A stretch of 64,000 nucleotides of DNA. Origin: an uncultured archaeon (lineage in GTDB: Archaea; Altiarchaeota; Altiarchaeia; IMC4; SCGC-AAA252-I15). Shown piece by piece: positions 10,128-19,713 of the stretch. The notes under the pieces were generated by a model. The model worked only from the letters and a program-made list of their open reading frames with translations, made no database searches and had not been told where the DNA came from. Numbering within the stretch: the first letter of the stretch is position 1; every line of letters begins with the position of its first letter. The stretch lies in the NCBI GenBank assembly GCA_902384455.1, contig CABMCB010000071.1:139315-203314 (forward strand), written 5' to 3'. The position numbers and the translations under genes were made by a program.

Positions 10128-11669
10128 CTACTTCCTCAATATCCTATTGACTCCGTTAATGAACGCAAGCACACTCGCCATCACAATATCCTCATGAACA
10201 GCCCGAGCCATAGTACTCCTACCATTCTTACTAACCCTAATGGTGACGTCGGCTAAAGCGTTGCTTCCTCCGCTTATTGCGTCCAAGTGATACTCGTCAA
10301 GCTGGATGTCAGGGTCGCCTAAAGCCTTCCTAATCGCCTTCAAAGTGGCGTCCACAGGACCTACTCCGTCCTCAGTAGCCTTCTTCTCCTGCCCGTGAAC
10401 CATAAGCACGACCGAAGAAAGAGGCGCTTTGCCTAAACGCGCTGAAAGAGACAAGTCCCTAAGCTCAACCAATCGTCCTTCCCCGCTTCCGCTGCCTACA
10501 AGGTCTTCGGCTATGGCAATCAAGTCCTCTTCAGTCACCTTCTTGCCTTTATCTCCTAAGTCCTTCACCTTGCGGGTTATGGCATGAGCCTGCTCGTCGC
10601 TGACCGCAACGCCCAACTCCTTAAGCTTAGCGGCTACGCCAGCGGCGCCAACTAGTTTCCCCACAAGTATGCGGCGTTTAGCGCCAACCATCTCAGGGTC
10701 AATAGCTTCGTAAGTGGACGCCTTAGCCAGCACCCCGTGCACGTGGACTCCTGATTCGTGGGCGAAAGCGTTGCTTCCGACGACAGGGAAATTAGGCATA
10801 ACCCTAATCCCAGTCAGGCGCTGCACAATCTGGCTTACCTCAAAGATGCGCTTAGTGTTGACGTTGCTTTCCACTTTATGAATCAACTTCAACCCTAAAA
10901 CCACCTGCTCAAGGTCGGCGTTCCCCGCCCTCTCACCCAAGCCGTTGACGGTAACGTGCGGTATTTCAGCTCCAGCCATCACGCCTGAAATAGTGTTGGC
11001 TACCGCCATCCCGAAGTCGTTGTGGCAGTGCACCGCAAGAGGAATCTTAACCTCCTTCTTCAGCTCGCTAATCAGCCAGTACATCGCCTGCGGCGTCATC
11101 ACTCCCACAGTATCAGGTATGTTGATGTGGTCGGCTCCTGCCTCTTCCGCTGCCTTAACCACCTTCTTTAGGAAAGGAAGCTCAGTCCGGCACGCATCCT
11201 CAGGGCTAAAGTGAACGGAAACACCCCTCTCCTTAACGTAACGGATGCTCCTTACGGCATTAGCAAGAACATCATCCTCGCTCATCTTCAGCTTATACTT
11301 CCTGTGAATTGGGCTTGTGCCTATGAAAATGTGGACTAAATCGACGTCCGCGGCAAGCGCCGCATCCAAATCCTTCTCCACGCACCGGGCCAACCCACAC
11401 ACCTTAGCGGAAAAGCCAGCGCCAGCCATCCTCATAATGACCTCACGCTCACCGTCACTCGACACGGGAAACCCGCCCTCAATTATGTCGACTCCAAGCT
11501 CATTCAAGGCCTCCGCTATGCTAAACTTCTCGTCCAAAGTCAAGGCTACACCCGGCGTCTGCTCGCCGTCCCTCAAAGTAGTGTCAAACACCTTAACCCT
11601 CTTGGGCTTCCTCTCAAACTTCACCTGACTATCGTACCAAAACTGGTCGACTCCATCATTATCCATCAT
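10128..11669 (-). CDS. leuA: 2-isopropylmalate synthase / (R)-citramalate synthase family (LeuA/CimA)
   Basis: 513 aa with FDTTLRDGEQ TIM-barrel N-terminus, HxH motifs (VHCHNDFGMAVANT) and a C-terminal regulatory domain. Confidence 0.85.
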   Translation of the reverse strand: MMDNDGVDQFWYDSQVKFERKPKRVKVFDTTLRDGEQTPGVALTLDEKFSIAEALNELGVDIIEGGFPVSSDGEREVIMRMAGAGFSAKVCGLARCVEKDLDAALAADVDLVHIFIGTSPIHRKYKLKMSEDDVLANAVRSIRYVKERGVSVHFSPEDACRTELPFLKKVVKAAEEAGADHINIPDTVGVMTPQAMYWLISELKKEVKIPLAVHCHNDFGMAVANTISGVMAGAEIPHVTVNGLGERAGNADLEQVVLGLKLIHKVESNVNTKRIFEVSQIVQRLTGIRVMPNFPVVGSNAFAHESGVHVHGVLAKASTYEAIDPEMVGAKRRILVGKLVGAAGVAAKLKELGVAVSDEQAHAITRKVKDLGDKGKKVTEEDLIAIAEDLVGSGSGEGRLVELRDLSLSARLGKAPLSSVVLMVHGQEKKATEDGVGPVDATLKAIRKALGDPDIQLDEYHLDAISGGSNALADVTIRVSKNGRSTMARAVHEDIVMASVLAFINGVNRILRK

Positions 11670-11885
11670 CTCACACTCAAATGTTTTTCACGGCAAAAAA
11701 ACAAAAAAAGGGACAATTATCATCGTCCGACGGCGGAATACAGCGCCACACGGCTGCTGCTCCCGCTACATAAGCAACAGAAATAAGCTGCGGAAGACCG
11801 GCTGAAAACAACCCGCCGAACAAAAACCGCACGATTCCATACTAAAACCTACACCAAACAAACATAAAAACGCAGCAAAAACCCT

Positions 11886-12239
11886 TTACTCAACCGCAAC
11901 CGCGTTCACAAAACCATCCTGACCCGGACGACTAGTAACCCGCGCCTTAAACTCCTTACCACCATCCTTAACGACGATAACAGCGCCCTTAGTAATAATG
12001 TTCCTTCTGCTGAAGTCCTTGTTAGCAGGATTATCACTCACGGTCACAATACCACAAACAACATTCTTACCGCCAATAAGCACATTAGCAGAACCGGCAA
12101 CATCCAACTTAACCTTAAAGCCGCCGCCCTTAACCCTAACATGCTTCCTCTTAACCTCGCCCACCCCAGTCTCAGCAGGCTGCCGACCAACATTATACTT
12201 CCGCTTCTTCTCGGTCTTAGATACCTTACCGTGATACAT
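11886..12239 (-). CDS. rps8e: 30S ribosomal protein S8e
   Basis: 117 aa, MYHGKVSKTEKKRKYNVGRQPAETGVGE...; characteristic S8e sequence and length. Confidence 0.85.
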   Translation of the reverse strand: MYHGKVSKTEKKRKYNVGRQPAETGVGEVKRKHVRVKGGGFKVKLDVAGSANVLIGGKNVVCGIVTVSDNPANKDFSRRNIITKGAVIVVKDGGKEFKARVTSRPGQDGFVNAVAVE

Positions 12240-12328
12240 GATGCAAAAGATAGGAAGAACCCCTTAAAAAACAACAAACCAACCATATTTAACCCCCAAT
12301 CCCATACCTAAACACCAATTCAATCACG

Positions 12329-13102
12329 GTGGAAACCATGACAGAAAAAACACAATCACGCTGCCCAACCGGCATAACCGGCCTAGACAACATGCTAGGC
12401 GGCGGACTGCCAAGAGGAAGAACAATACTCGTCTCCGGAAGCTGCGGAACAGGAAAAACAACCTTAGCCCTCCAGTTCCTCATGGACGGTATATCAAAAT
12501 ACAACGAGCCCGGCATATACGTCACACTAGAACAAAGCGGAGACGAAATAAGAAAAGACGCACTCCAATTCGGCTGGGACCTACCCAAACTAGAAGCAGA
12601 ACGCAAACTACTCATAATAGACACATCACTTAGCAAAATAGGAATCAAAGACTTCATCACAACACTACCCATATCCCCAACCACAAGCTTCAGCTTACTA
12701 CCAGACGAATTCGACCTAAACAAAATAGTCGGACTAACCGTGGAAGCAGCCCGAAAATTAGGCGCAAGACGAATAGTAGTCGACAGCCTGCCGGCACTCG
12801 ACGTCCTGTTTAAGGAAACGCACGACATACGCAGGGCGCTGGTCAACCTCAACTACGAATTCAAGGCAAGCAACCTGACGACAATACTCATCGGTGAAAC
12901 AGAAGACGAAGACGGCGTGACCAAAATCCCCGTAGCCGACTACATCTCAGACGGTGTAATACTTTTGAAAAACAATGAAGCCCTCGACATGCGCACAATC
13001 CGGATACGCAAGATGCGCACTGCAAAACACACGCTAAAGCCGCAGACATACGAGATAACCCCCAAGGGCATAGAAATCAAGGAAGCTAAAAGCATACTAT
13101 AA
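12329..13102 (+). CDS. KaiC/RadA-like RecA-superfamily ATPase (single KaiC domain)
   Basis: 257 aa. Walker A GSCGTGKTT, Walker B hhhhD (RIVVDSL) and KaiC-like topology. Confidence 0.7.
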   Translation: METMTEKTQSRCPTGITGLDNMLGGGLPRGRTILVSGSCGTGKTTLALQFLMDGISKYNEPGIYVTLEQSGDEIRKDALQFGWDLPKLEAERKLLIIDTSLSKIGIKDFITTLPISPTTSFSLLPDEFDLNKIVGLTVEAARKLGARRIVVDSLPALDVLFKETHDIRRALVNLNYEFKASNLTTILIGETEDEDGVTKIPVADYISDGVILLKNNEALDMRTIRIRKMRTAKHTLKPQTYEITPKGIEIKEAKSIL

Positions 13103-13121
13103 GCCACCAGACGCGCAACCT

Positions 13122-13607
13122 ATGATTCTCCCCAAAAGATTCTTCGTGACCGTAGGACGCGGAACAAGCACCACTAGCGCACTTAACGCATTCGACAACG
13201 CCTTAGCCGCAGCCGGAATAGACCGCTGCAACCTCGTCCCAGTATCAAGCATCCTGCCGACAGACGCAATCCAGATTCCCCCAGTAAAAATCCCAGCAGG
13301 CACAATAACATTCTGCGTCCTATCACGCTACGACGGATTCGGAAAAGAAGGCGCAGCAGGAGTCGGATGGACACGCGGCGAAATCAAGAAAACAAGAGAC
13401 AGATTCGGGATGGTCGCCGAAGGCAGCGGAAAAACAACAAAAGACGTAGAATCAGAACTAAAAAATAAACTCCAGGAAATGGCGAAAAGCCGCAGCATGA
13501 CCCTACAAAAAGACATACAAACGGCAGTAACCCCAACCGGCAAAGTCCCTGAAAAAACATTCTGCAGCGCAATAGCTGCCGTAATATTCGTTCCAGAAGC
13601 AGACTAA
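13122..13607 (+). CDS. pdaD: Pyruvoyl-dependent arginine decarboxylase
   Basis: 161 aa. N-terminus resembles PdaD (..FFVTVGRG..CNLVPVSSILP..) with the Ser-Ser self-cleavage site context. Confidence 0.7.
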   Translation: MILPKRFFVTVGRGTSTTSALNAFDNALAAAGIDRCNLVPVSSILPTDAIQIPPVKIPAGTITFCVLSRYDGFGKEGAAGVGWTRGEIKKTRDRFGMVAEGSGKTTKDVESELKNKLQEMAKSRSMTLQKDIQTAVTPTGKVPEKTFCSAIAAVIFVPEAD

Positions 13608-13689
13608 ACCCCTTTTTAATTAACTCCTACCAACATATAACGTGGTGGGACTCGTGCGCCTTTCCAAAGAGGCCTAACCTTAACCCACG

Positions 13690-14304
13690 ATGCCCACAGA
13701 AAACGCAATTCTACCGATAATAAAAGCGGTTGCATTAATCGGAAGCTACGCCTTCCTAGGATTCGGCATAAAATACATAGACCAAGCATACGACGTCAAA
13801 ATATTCAACCGCACAATAGCCCGCGCACTAGCCGTAATATGCGGAATACTAATGGGCCTGCTCATAGCCCTAGACGAAACATCCGCAATGATACTTCTGG
13901 CCATAATCGTAGGCGTCGCAATAACCCGCAAAATAGACAACTACGCATTCTACGCCGGAGCAATACTAGCATTCATAACTCCAATATTCTTCGACGGAAT
14001 CAGAATACACTGGATGGGCCTGGCAGGCCTAATAATAGCAGGAACACTCGACGAAGAACTAAACAACTACGCAGACAAAAGAAAACTCCCCAAAATAATA
14101 TCCACCCTACTATACCTACGCCTCATAATGAAACTAACAATACTCGCCTACGCATTAGCCGGCCAGATAAACATAATATACTTCTTCGCATTCATAGCAT
14201 TCGACATAAGCTACATACTCGTCGACCAATACACCGCAATGATCCTAAAACGTAAACCGCCGTTTAGGAAAAAACTCGCAACAATAAACACCAACAACCT
14301 TTAA
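13690..14304 (+). CDS. Integral membrane protein, function unknown
   Basis: 204 aa, ~6 predicted TM helices, no diagnostic motif. Confidence 0.5.
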   Translation: MPTENAILPIIKAVALIGSYAFLGFGIKYIDQAYDVKIFNRTIARALAVICGILMGLLIALDETSAMILLAIIVGVAITRKIDNYAFYAGAILAFITPIFFDGIRIHWMGLAGLIIAGTLDEELNNYADKRKLPKIISTLLYLRLIMKLTILAYALAGQINIIYFFAFIAFDISYILVDQYTAMILKRKPPFRKKLATINTNNL

Positions 14305-14329
14305 TTAACCCCAACCCCATACGATAACC

Positions 14330-14728
14330 ATGGGGGAACCCACCGTAAACCGCAAAGACCAAATCACAAAAGTCCTCATCGAAGACCTGCAGCCACTCGA
14401 AGACATCTACTTCTGCTTCGTAGCAAGCAAAAACCTCGAAGGCATACTAGCCCCCATAAAAGAAGAACACAAAAACGAAATCCTACCCATATGGGAAGAC
14501 CTCAAAAACACAATGAACGAACTATTCGACGTAATCACACACTACAGTGAACACGGCCTAGATAAAATATACTTTGAACTAGGAAACTACGACGTACTCT
14601 TCTTCATACTGCCCGGAAGCAACACCGCATTAGGCGCAGTCATACCCGCACTCGCAAACAGAGGACTACTTGAAGTAGAACTGGAAAACGCCCGACGCGC
14701 CATAATCAAAATTCTAGAAGAAACATGA
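14330..14728 (+). CDS. Roadblock/LC7 (MglB-like) domain protein
   Basis: 132 aa with a pattern compatible with the Roadblock fold (...YFCFVASKNLEGILA... YDVLFFILPGSNTALGAVIPALANRGLL). Its stop overlaps the start of the next gene (ATGA). Confidence 0.55.
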   Translation: MGEPTVNRKDQITKVLIEDLQPLEDIYFCFVASKNLEGILAPIKEEHKNEILPIWEDLKNTMNELFDVITHYSEHGLDKIYFELGNYDVLFFILPGSNTALGAVIPALANRGLLEVELENARRAIIKILEET

Positions 14729-16050
14729 ACCCTGCTGAAATAGCACTAAAAAAAGAAATCATGGGCGCCACACCCACCCCCAAACCAGAATTCAAAGCCG
14801 CAGTAGGCTTAAGCCGCAAATGGGACGCCAGAGAAGCAGGACGAGAAGTAGCCAGAAACACCCTAGAACAACTAGGAAAAGACCCCCACTTCCTCCTACT
14901 CTTCTCAACAATACACTACGAAAAACACGGCGGATTCCAAGAACTACTCAACGGCGTATACGACATACTACCCAAAGAAACACCACTAATAGGCGGAACA
15001 GTCGCAGGATTCATAAACCAACAAGGATGCTACACACGAGGCGTCACAGCACTAGCAGCCAACTACCCAAACATGAACGTAGCAATAGGAATAGGACACA
15101 ACACACGTAAAAATCCGGCAAAAGCCGCCGAAGAATTATCCTCAAAAGTAAAAATATCAAATTCAAAAAATAATCTCCTTTTTTGTCTCATCCCCGGAGG
15201 GACCGTTCCAAGTTTTCCGGGTTTAGGACGAAAAAAAGTACTAAAATCTGGTTCAGTCGGAAATGCGGCAATAGGTTTGCTTGAACTTTCAATAGAACTT
15301 TCTCAATTAGGTCCTGGACGAGAAGATGAAGTAATCGAAGAATTAAGCAAAGATTTGGAGAATTATTATATTCTGGGAGGTAGTACAATGGACGATCTTA
15401 ATCAAAATCGTTCATACCAATTTTTTAATAAAGCAGTTAGCACAACAGACGTTGTGGGATTAAACCTATCCTCAGATTTACTAAATTATGAAATAATTAC
15501 CACAGATGGTTTGAAAAAAACCGGCAAAACCCTGCATATCACAAAAAAATCGTTAAGAAATTGTGTTATAGAGGAAATTGATAATAAACCTGCTACGACA
15601 GAATTTTTACGGAAAATTAACTGGCCCGAAGATTTTCTGAATGAAAGGCTATACACAAAAACTTTTTATTACCCTCTTGGAGAAACAGTTGAAGGAGTGC
15701 TAAGGCCTCAAATAATAGGGGCTTTTTTAGGGAATAATATTGCATGCGGATACAGCATAAAAACAAATGATTTAGATATCCTTTCCGCGTCTGGTCTGTC
15801 TTTAGTTGAATCAGCCAAAAACGCAATTCTACAAGCTAGCAAATACAAAATAAAAACATTAATTGGTGTTGTGTGTGCGACACAACTTGAAACATTAGGA
15901 CATAATATCTACCGGGTCTATAACGCAATATCTCCATTACTAGTAGACACCCCCTTTATTATCCTCTATTGCGCGGGTGAAGAAAGTTATTCGCCAAAAA
16001 GTCCTCCAAAACAACTTTATGACACGTTTAATATTGCCTCGATTAGCTAA
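14725..16050 (+). CDS. FIST-domain (FIST_N+FIST_C) putative sensor protein with an internal base-composition switch
   Basis: 441 aa. The N-terminal half (HFLLLFSTIHYE...PLIGGTVAGFI...) and C-terminal half (FYYPLGETVEGVLRPQIIGAFLG) fit FIST N/C. Composition changes abruptly near nt ~15110, from ~55% GC to ~35% GC. Confidence 0.55.
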   Translation: MNPAEIALKKEIMGATPTPKPEFKAAVGLSRKWDAREAGREVARNTLEQLGKDPHFLLLFSTIHYEKHGGFQELLNGVYDILPKETPLIGGTVAGFINQQGCYTRGVTALAANYPNMNVAIGIGHNTRKNPAKAAEELSSKVKISNSKNNLLFCLIPGGTVPSFPGLGRKKVLKSGSVGNAAIGLLELSIELSQLGPGREDEVIEELSKDLENYYILGGSTMDDLNQNRSYQFFNKAVSTTDVVGLNLSSDLLNYEIITTDGLKKTGKTLHITKKSLRNCVIEEIDNKPATTEFLRKINWPEDFLNERLYTKTFYYPLGETVEGVLRPQIIGAFLGNNIACGYSIKTNDLDILSASGLSLVESAKNAILQASKYKIKTLIGVVCATQLETLGHNIYRVYNAISPLLVDTPFIILYCAGEESYSPKSPPKQLYDTFNIASIS

Positions 16051-17177
16051 AGTGAACGGATTTTTTCAGCCCACTCACTTCTTACCGCCTTATCAACTTT
16101 TCTATCTGAAAATGCACGATAAAAATCATCCTTGATTTTTGTAGTACTCTCCAAATCTTCACCCAATTTCGCTCCTATATACCTCTTTTCTTCCCAACAT
16201 TTTCTGTACATTAGCAAATTTTTTTTCTTCCATTTTCCTTGTCTAATTGCGTTTATAGACGTCTCACCTGCAGCAATTCCTGATAGCATAGATGGGACAA
16301 TACCCTCACCTGTGATTGGCTCAACGATACCTGCAGAATCCCCAACTAAAATAATGCCGTTCCCAATCGTATTCCGTGCTGGCAGGGGTCCACACGTTGG
16401 GATACCACCCCCTCTAATCTCCTCTATGGTATACTCTCTTCCAATAATCTTATGTAACGGTAAATATTTTTGTATCAAAAATACTAATGCTTTTTTTAAA
16501 TTATTTCCCGGAGCTACTGCAACACCTATATTAGCAGTATTTTTCCCTTTTGGAAATACCCACCCATAACCTGATGGAAATTCCTCGCCAAAAAATACAT
16601 GCCAGTAGTTATTTTCTTTAATTTTTACTCCACTTACAAGTAACTCGTAAGCAACAGCGTATTCTCCCTGTTTCCACGGTTTTCTAATATTAGCCCATCT
16701 ACCAACGTTTGCTTCAAAACCATCTGCGCCAATAACTATTTTTGTAGAAATATCAAAATTTTTATTATCTCTCCCAACTTTTACTTTTATTCGATCTCCT
16801 CTAAATTCAAGTCCCTTCGCAGTAGCACCAGTATAAATGTTGGCGCCTTTTTCAGAAGCTATATCAGATAAATACTTATCAAAAATTTTTCTATCTAGAG
16901 TAAAACCTCGCCATTTCTCTCCGGAAAAAAAATATTCTTCGTTATAAAAATAAATTTTTGTACCATCTATCTCCTGATTAATAAAAGATTTTTCTGATGG
17001 TATTCCAGTATCTTGGAAGGCGTCCTTATTTATAGCTTCTGCGCATCTAACCGGACTTCCAATTTTCTCGTCTTTCTCAATATTAATTACGTCTAATCCC
17101 CCTTCAGCGGCAATTTTTGCAGACATTGACCCCGCCGGTCCTGCTCCTACTACTAGTACGTCGCATTCTTTTTTCAT
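16047..17177 (-). CDS. Geranylgeranyl reductase family FAD-dependent oxidoreductase
   Basis: 376 aa, VLVVGAGPAGSMSA dinucleotide-binding motif and GGR-family similarity throughout. Very AT-rich. Confidence 0.8.
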   Translation of the reverse strand: MKKECDVLVVGAGPAGSMSAKIAAEGGLDVINIEKDEKIGSPVRCAEAINKDAFQDTGIPSEKSFINQEIDGTKIYFYNEEYFFSGEKWRGFTLDRKIFDKYLSDIASEKGANIYTGATAKGLEFRGDRIKVKVGRDNKNFDISTKIVIGADGFEANVGRWANIRKPWKQGEYAVAYELLVSGVKIKENNYWHVFFGEEFPSGYGWVFPKGKNTANIGVAVAPGNNLKKALVFLIQKYLPLHKIIGREYTIEEIRGGGIPTCGPLPARNTIGNGIILVGDSAGIVEPITGEGIVPSMLSGIAAGETSINAIRQGKWKKKNLLMYRKCWEEKRYIGAKLGEDLESTTKIKDDFYRAFSDRKVDKAVRSEWAEKIRSL

Positions 17178-17180
17178 ATT

Positions 17181-18416
17181 TTATTTTTTTGTTATTTGTT
17201 TGTGTTTGTAGTCGAGGTATTCTAGTGTTTTTATTATTGTTTTGTTGATTGGGTTGTTCCATGTGAGTATTTCGTCTCTTAGTGTGTTGTAGTCTTGGTG
17301 TTGTAGTGTTCTGATTTTTTGTGGGGTTTGCAAGTCTGCGATTAGTAGTAGTAGCAGGAGGTATTTTTTTGGGTCGGTGTGGTCGAATAGTTGGTACATT
17401 AGTTTTCCGGTTTCTTCTGATTGTGTGAAGAATGATCCTATTGGAGATTTTTTTACGTTTTGTTCGTATGTTTCGAGTTCTTTTTTGTTTTTTATGTGTT
17501 CTACGGTTGTTTTTCCTGCTGTGTCGCCGCAGATTATTGCGGGTAGAATTCCTTCAACAAAGGGTTTGAGGTTTTGGTCTGCGGCGTCTCCTGTGAGGAT
17601 TACGTTGCCGTAAACCCACTTTTTGGCGATAGGCTGAGGGTTTACTTTGCCGCCTTTGTTTTCGATTTTGGTTGCGTTTTTGACTTGGTGTTTCATTTCC
17701 GGGATTTCAAGGAATTCTCGGAAGTAGTCTTCCATCGGTTTTTTGGGTTTAGCACACCCTACCCCTATGTTTGCTTTTGATTTACTTATAGGGAATACGT
17801 ATGCGTAGCCTGTGTCTGTGAAGTCGCCTACGTATACTTGCTCGAAGTTTGGTGACGCCAGGTTTACGTTGTGCATTTCCCAAGAGTAGACTTCAGCTAT
17901 GGTTCCCTCATGTTCGCGGTATTCCCCCAACAGGCGGAGTGTCGTCGAATCGTAGCCATCTGCACCAACGACGACTTTTGGTTCAATGTGGATTGTTTTT
18001 CCTTCGGAGTTTAAAGTGGCTTTTTTGACTGTGTTGTTATGCCCGACTTCGAAGTCAATCAGGTGCGTGTTCAGCATCAGTTTTGCCCCAGCGTTTGTTG
18101 CTTGTGCAGCCACCCACTTGTCAAAGTGTTTCCTGTTTACGGTGCATCCCTTCCAAAGTATTCCGGTACGCCGTACGATTATGTCTTCAGCCCAGAATTC
18201 TATTCCAGCAGTATCCCAAATGAGTTGTTCCTGCGGAATTTTGAAGGGAAGAAACGGGAAGAAGCATTGTCCTATCCCTTCTGCGCAGTGCACTGGCGTC
18301 CCCAGTTTCGTTCTTTTGTCTACAAAGATAGTTTTGAGTCCGGCCAGAGCGCATGCTCTAGCTGCGGAGGAGCCGGCTGGTCCTGCGCCAACGACAAGTA
18401 CGTCGCATTCCATCAA
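17181..18416 (-). CDS. Geranylgeranyl reductase family paralog with C-terminal extension
   Basis: 411 aa, VLVVGAGPAGSSAA motif, paralogous to the adjacent GGR. The coding strand is strongly A/C-biased. Confidence 0.8.
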   Translation of the reverse strand: MMECDVLVVGAGPAGSSAARACALAGLKTIFVDKRTKLGTPVHCAEGIGQCFFPFLPFKIPQEQLIWDTAGIEFWAEDIIVRRTGILWKGCTVNRKHFDKWVAAQATNAGAKLMLNTHLIDFEVGHNNTVKKATLNSEGKTIHIEPKVVVGADGYDSTTLRLLGEYREHEGTIAEVYSWEMHNVNLASPNFEQVYVGDFTDTGYAYVFPISKSKANIGVGCAKPKKPMEDYFREFLEIPEMKHQVKNATKIENKGGKVNPQPIAKKWVYGNVILTGDAADQNLKPFVEGILPAIICGDTAGKTTVEHIKNKKELETYEQNVKKSPIGSFFTQSEETGKLMYQLFDHTDPKKYLLLLLLIADLQTPQKIRTLQHQDYNTLRDEILTWNNPINKTIIKTLEYLDYKHKQITKK

Positions 18417-18456
18417 TACACATTAGGTATTTAACTAAAATAAAAAATCAATATAC

Positions 18457-19686
18457 GTGAGGCAATTCTTAAGCGGGGCATGGAGTACTCTCTTAGGCGA
18501 TCGTCAATTGCTTCTACTGTGCATCTCCCTCTTTATCTTCTACTTGGGTGGCGGAGCCGTTCTACTTTTGGTCCCAATTCTTGCGGAAAAAACCGTCGGC
18601 CGGGTTGAGTTTGTCGGTCTAATCATGGCGGTTCCGGCGTTCATTTCACTACTCCTGTCAATTCCTGTCGGGAGTTTATCGGATAGTTTAGGTAGAAAGA
18701 ACGTTCTTTTGGCCGGTTTTGCTTCTATGATACTGCCTGGTATATTCCTGTCTATCTCTAACGACGCCTTTCTTTTAGTGGTTGCTATGGCGTTTTTAGG
18801 TTTAGGTTATGCGTTAATCACTACTTCTTCGCGAGCTTTTGTCATGGACTTTGCTCCACGGGATGGCGCCTCAAAATACTTTAGTTTTATCAACACAGCA
18901 TCAAGTCTTGGTACAGCTATTGGACCCTTTCTAGGCGGAATCCTTTTGGTTGGCGGCTTACAGCAGGGTACCCTACTGATAGCATCTCTTTTTATATTTA
19001 CTTGCGCCTTTGCAGGGGTAGTATCTCTATCCCTAAGGGAGACCGTGAAAGAAACTACGTCTGTTTCTAAGGGCTTAAAGTTGCTTAGCAAGGACGGGTT
19101 TTACTTTAGAGGATTTGCAGAATACGGTAAACTAAAGTCTATAGGGGGCGTAGTTTTTGGTCTGACCTTTATGTTGACTTTCCTTGACCGAGCAGTCTGG
19201 ACTTTTGAGCCACTGTACTATAATGAAGGAATGAATTCGTACACGGTGGGTCTTATCCTATCCATGTTTATTATTCCCTATATCCTCTTTGAGATTCCGG
19301 GCGGCTTTCTCGCCGATAAATACGGGAAATTTAAGACATTATTTTTAGGTCTATTGGTGGCTGGATTCTCGTTGATATTGTTCGGCTCAACAAATAGTCC
19401 AACTGTTTTGGTTGCGGCGGCTTTTCTATCTACGACTGGTTTGGCCCTTGCGTGGCCGTCAATAAGCGGGTTGCTGTCGGATGAATCTGATTCGCATAAT
19501 AGGGGTCAAATTGTGGGTGTCTGGAATTCATCTGAAAATTTGGGTTTCACGTTGAGTCCTATACTCGGTGGTTTAATCGCGGGCTATTATCAAAGCATAA
19601 GTAAAGTGTTTACTTTAGTGGGCGTTCTGTTTCTTTTTGCGTGTATTGCGGTTGTTTTGTTCAAGAGGTCAAATAAAATTGTTTAA
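18457..19686 (+). CDS. MFS transporter
   Basis: 409 aa, 12 TM topology, MFS signature-like loop (SDSLGRKN). Confidence 0.75.
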   Translation: MRQFLSGAWSTLLGDRQLLLLCISLFIFYLGGGAVLLLVPILAEKTVGRVEFVGLIMAVPAFISLLLSIPVGSLSDSLGRKNVLLAGFASMILPGIFLSISNDAFLLVVAMAFLGLGYALITTSSRAFVMDFAPRDGASKYFSFINTASSLGTAIGPFLGGILLVGGLQQGTLLIASLFIFTCAFAGVVSLSLRETVKETTSVSKGLKLLSKDGFYFRGFAEYGKLKSIGGVVFGLTFMLTFLDRAVWTFEPLYYNEGMNSYTVGLILSMFIIPYILFEIPGGFLADKYGKFKTLFLGLLVAGFSLILFGSTNSPTVLVAAAFLSTTGLALAWPSISGLLSDESDSHNRGQIVGVWNSSENLGFTLSPILGGLIAGYYQSISKVFTLVGVLFLFACIAVVLFKRSNKIV

Positions 19687-19713
19687 TAACGTAGAGGCAA
19701 AACTCATTATATC

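Noticed and set aside
9161-10150. 329-aa Arg/Asn/Lys-rich ORF overlapping the 8598-10100 lipoprotein gene in another frame. Similar R-rich shadow ORFs occur at 55209-56060, 46088-46669, 13839-14255 and 42807-43076.
   Set aside because: These show extreme low-complexity basic composition, which is typical of out-of-frame translation of GC-rich coding sequence. Each lies fully inside a well-supported gene.
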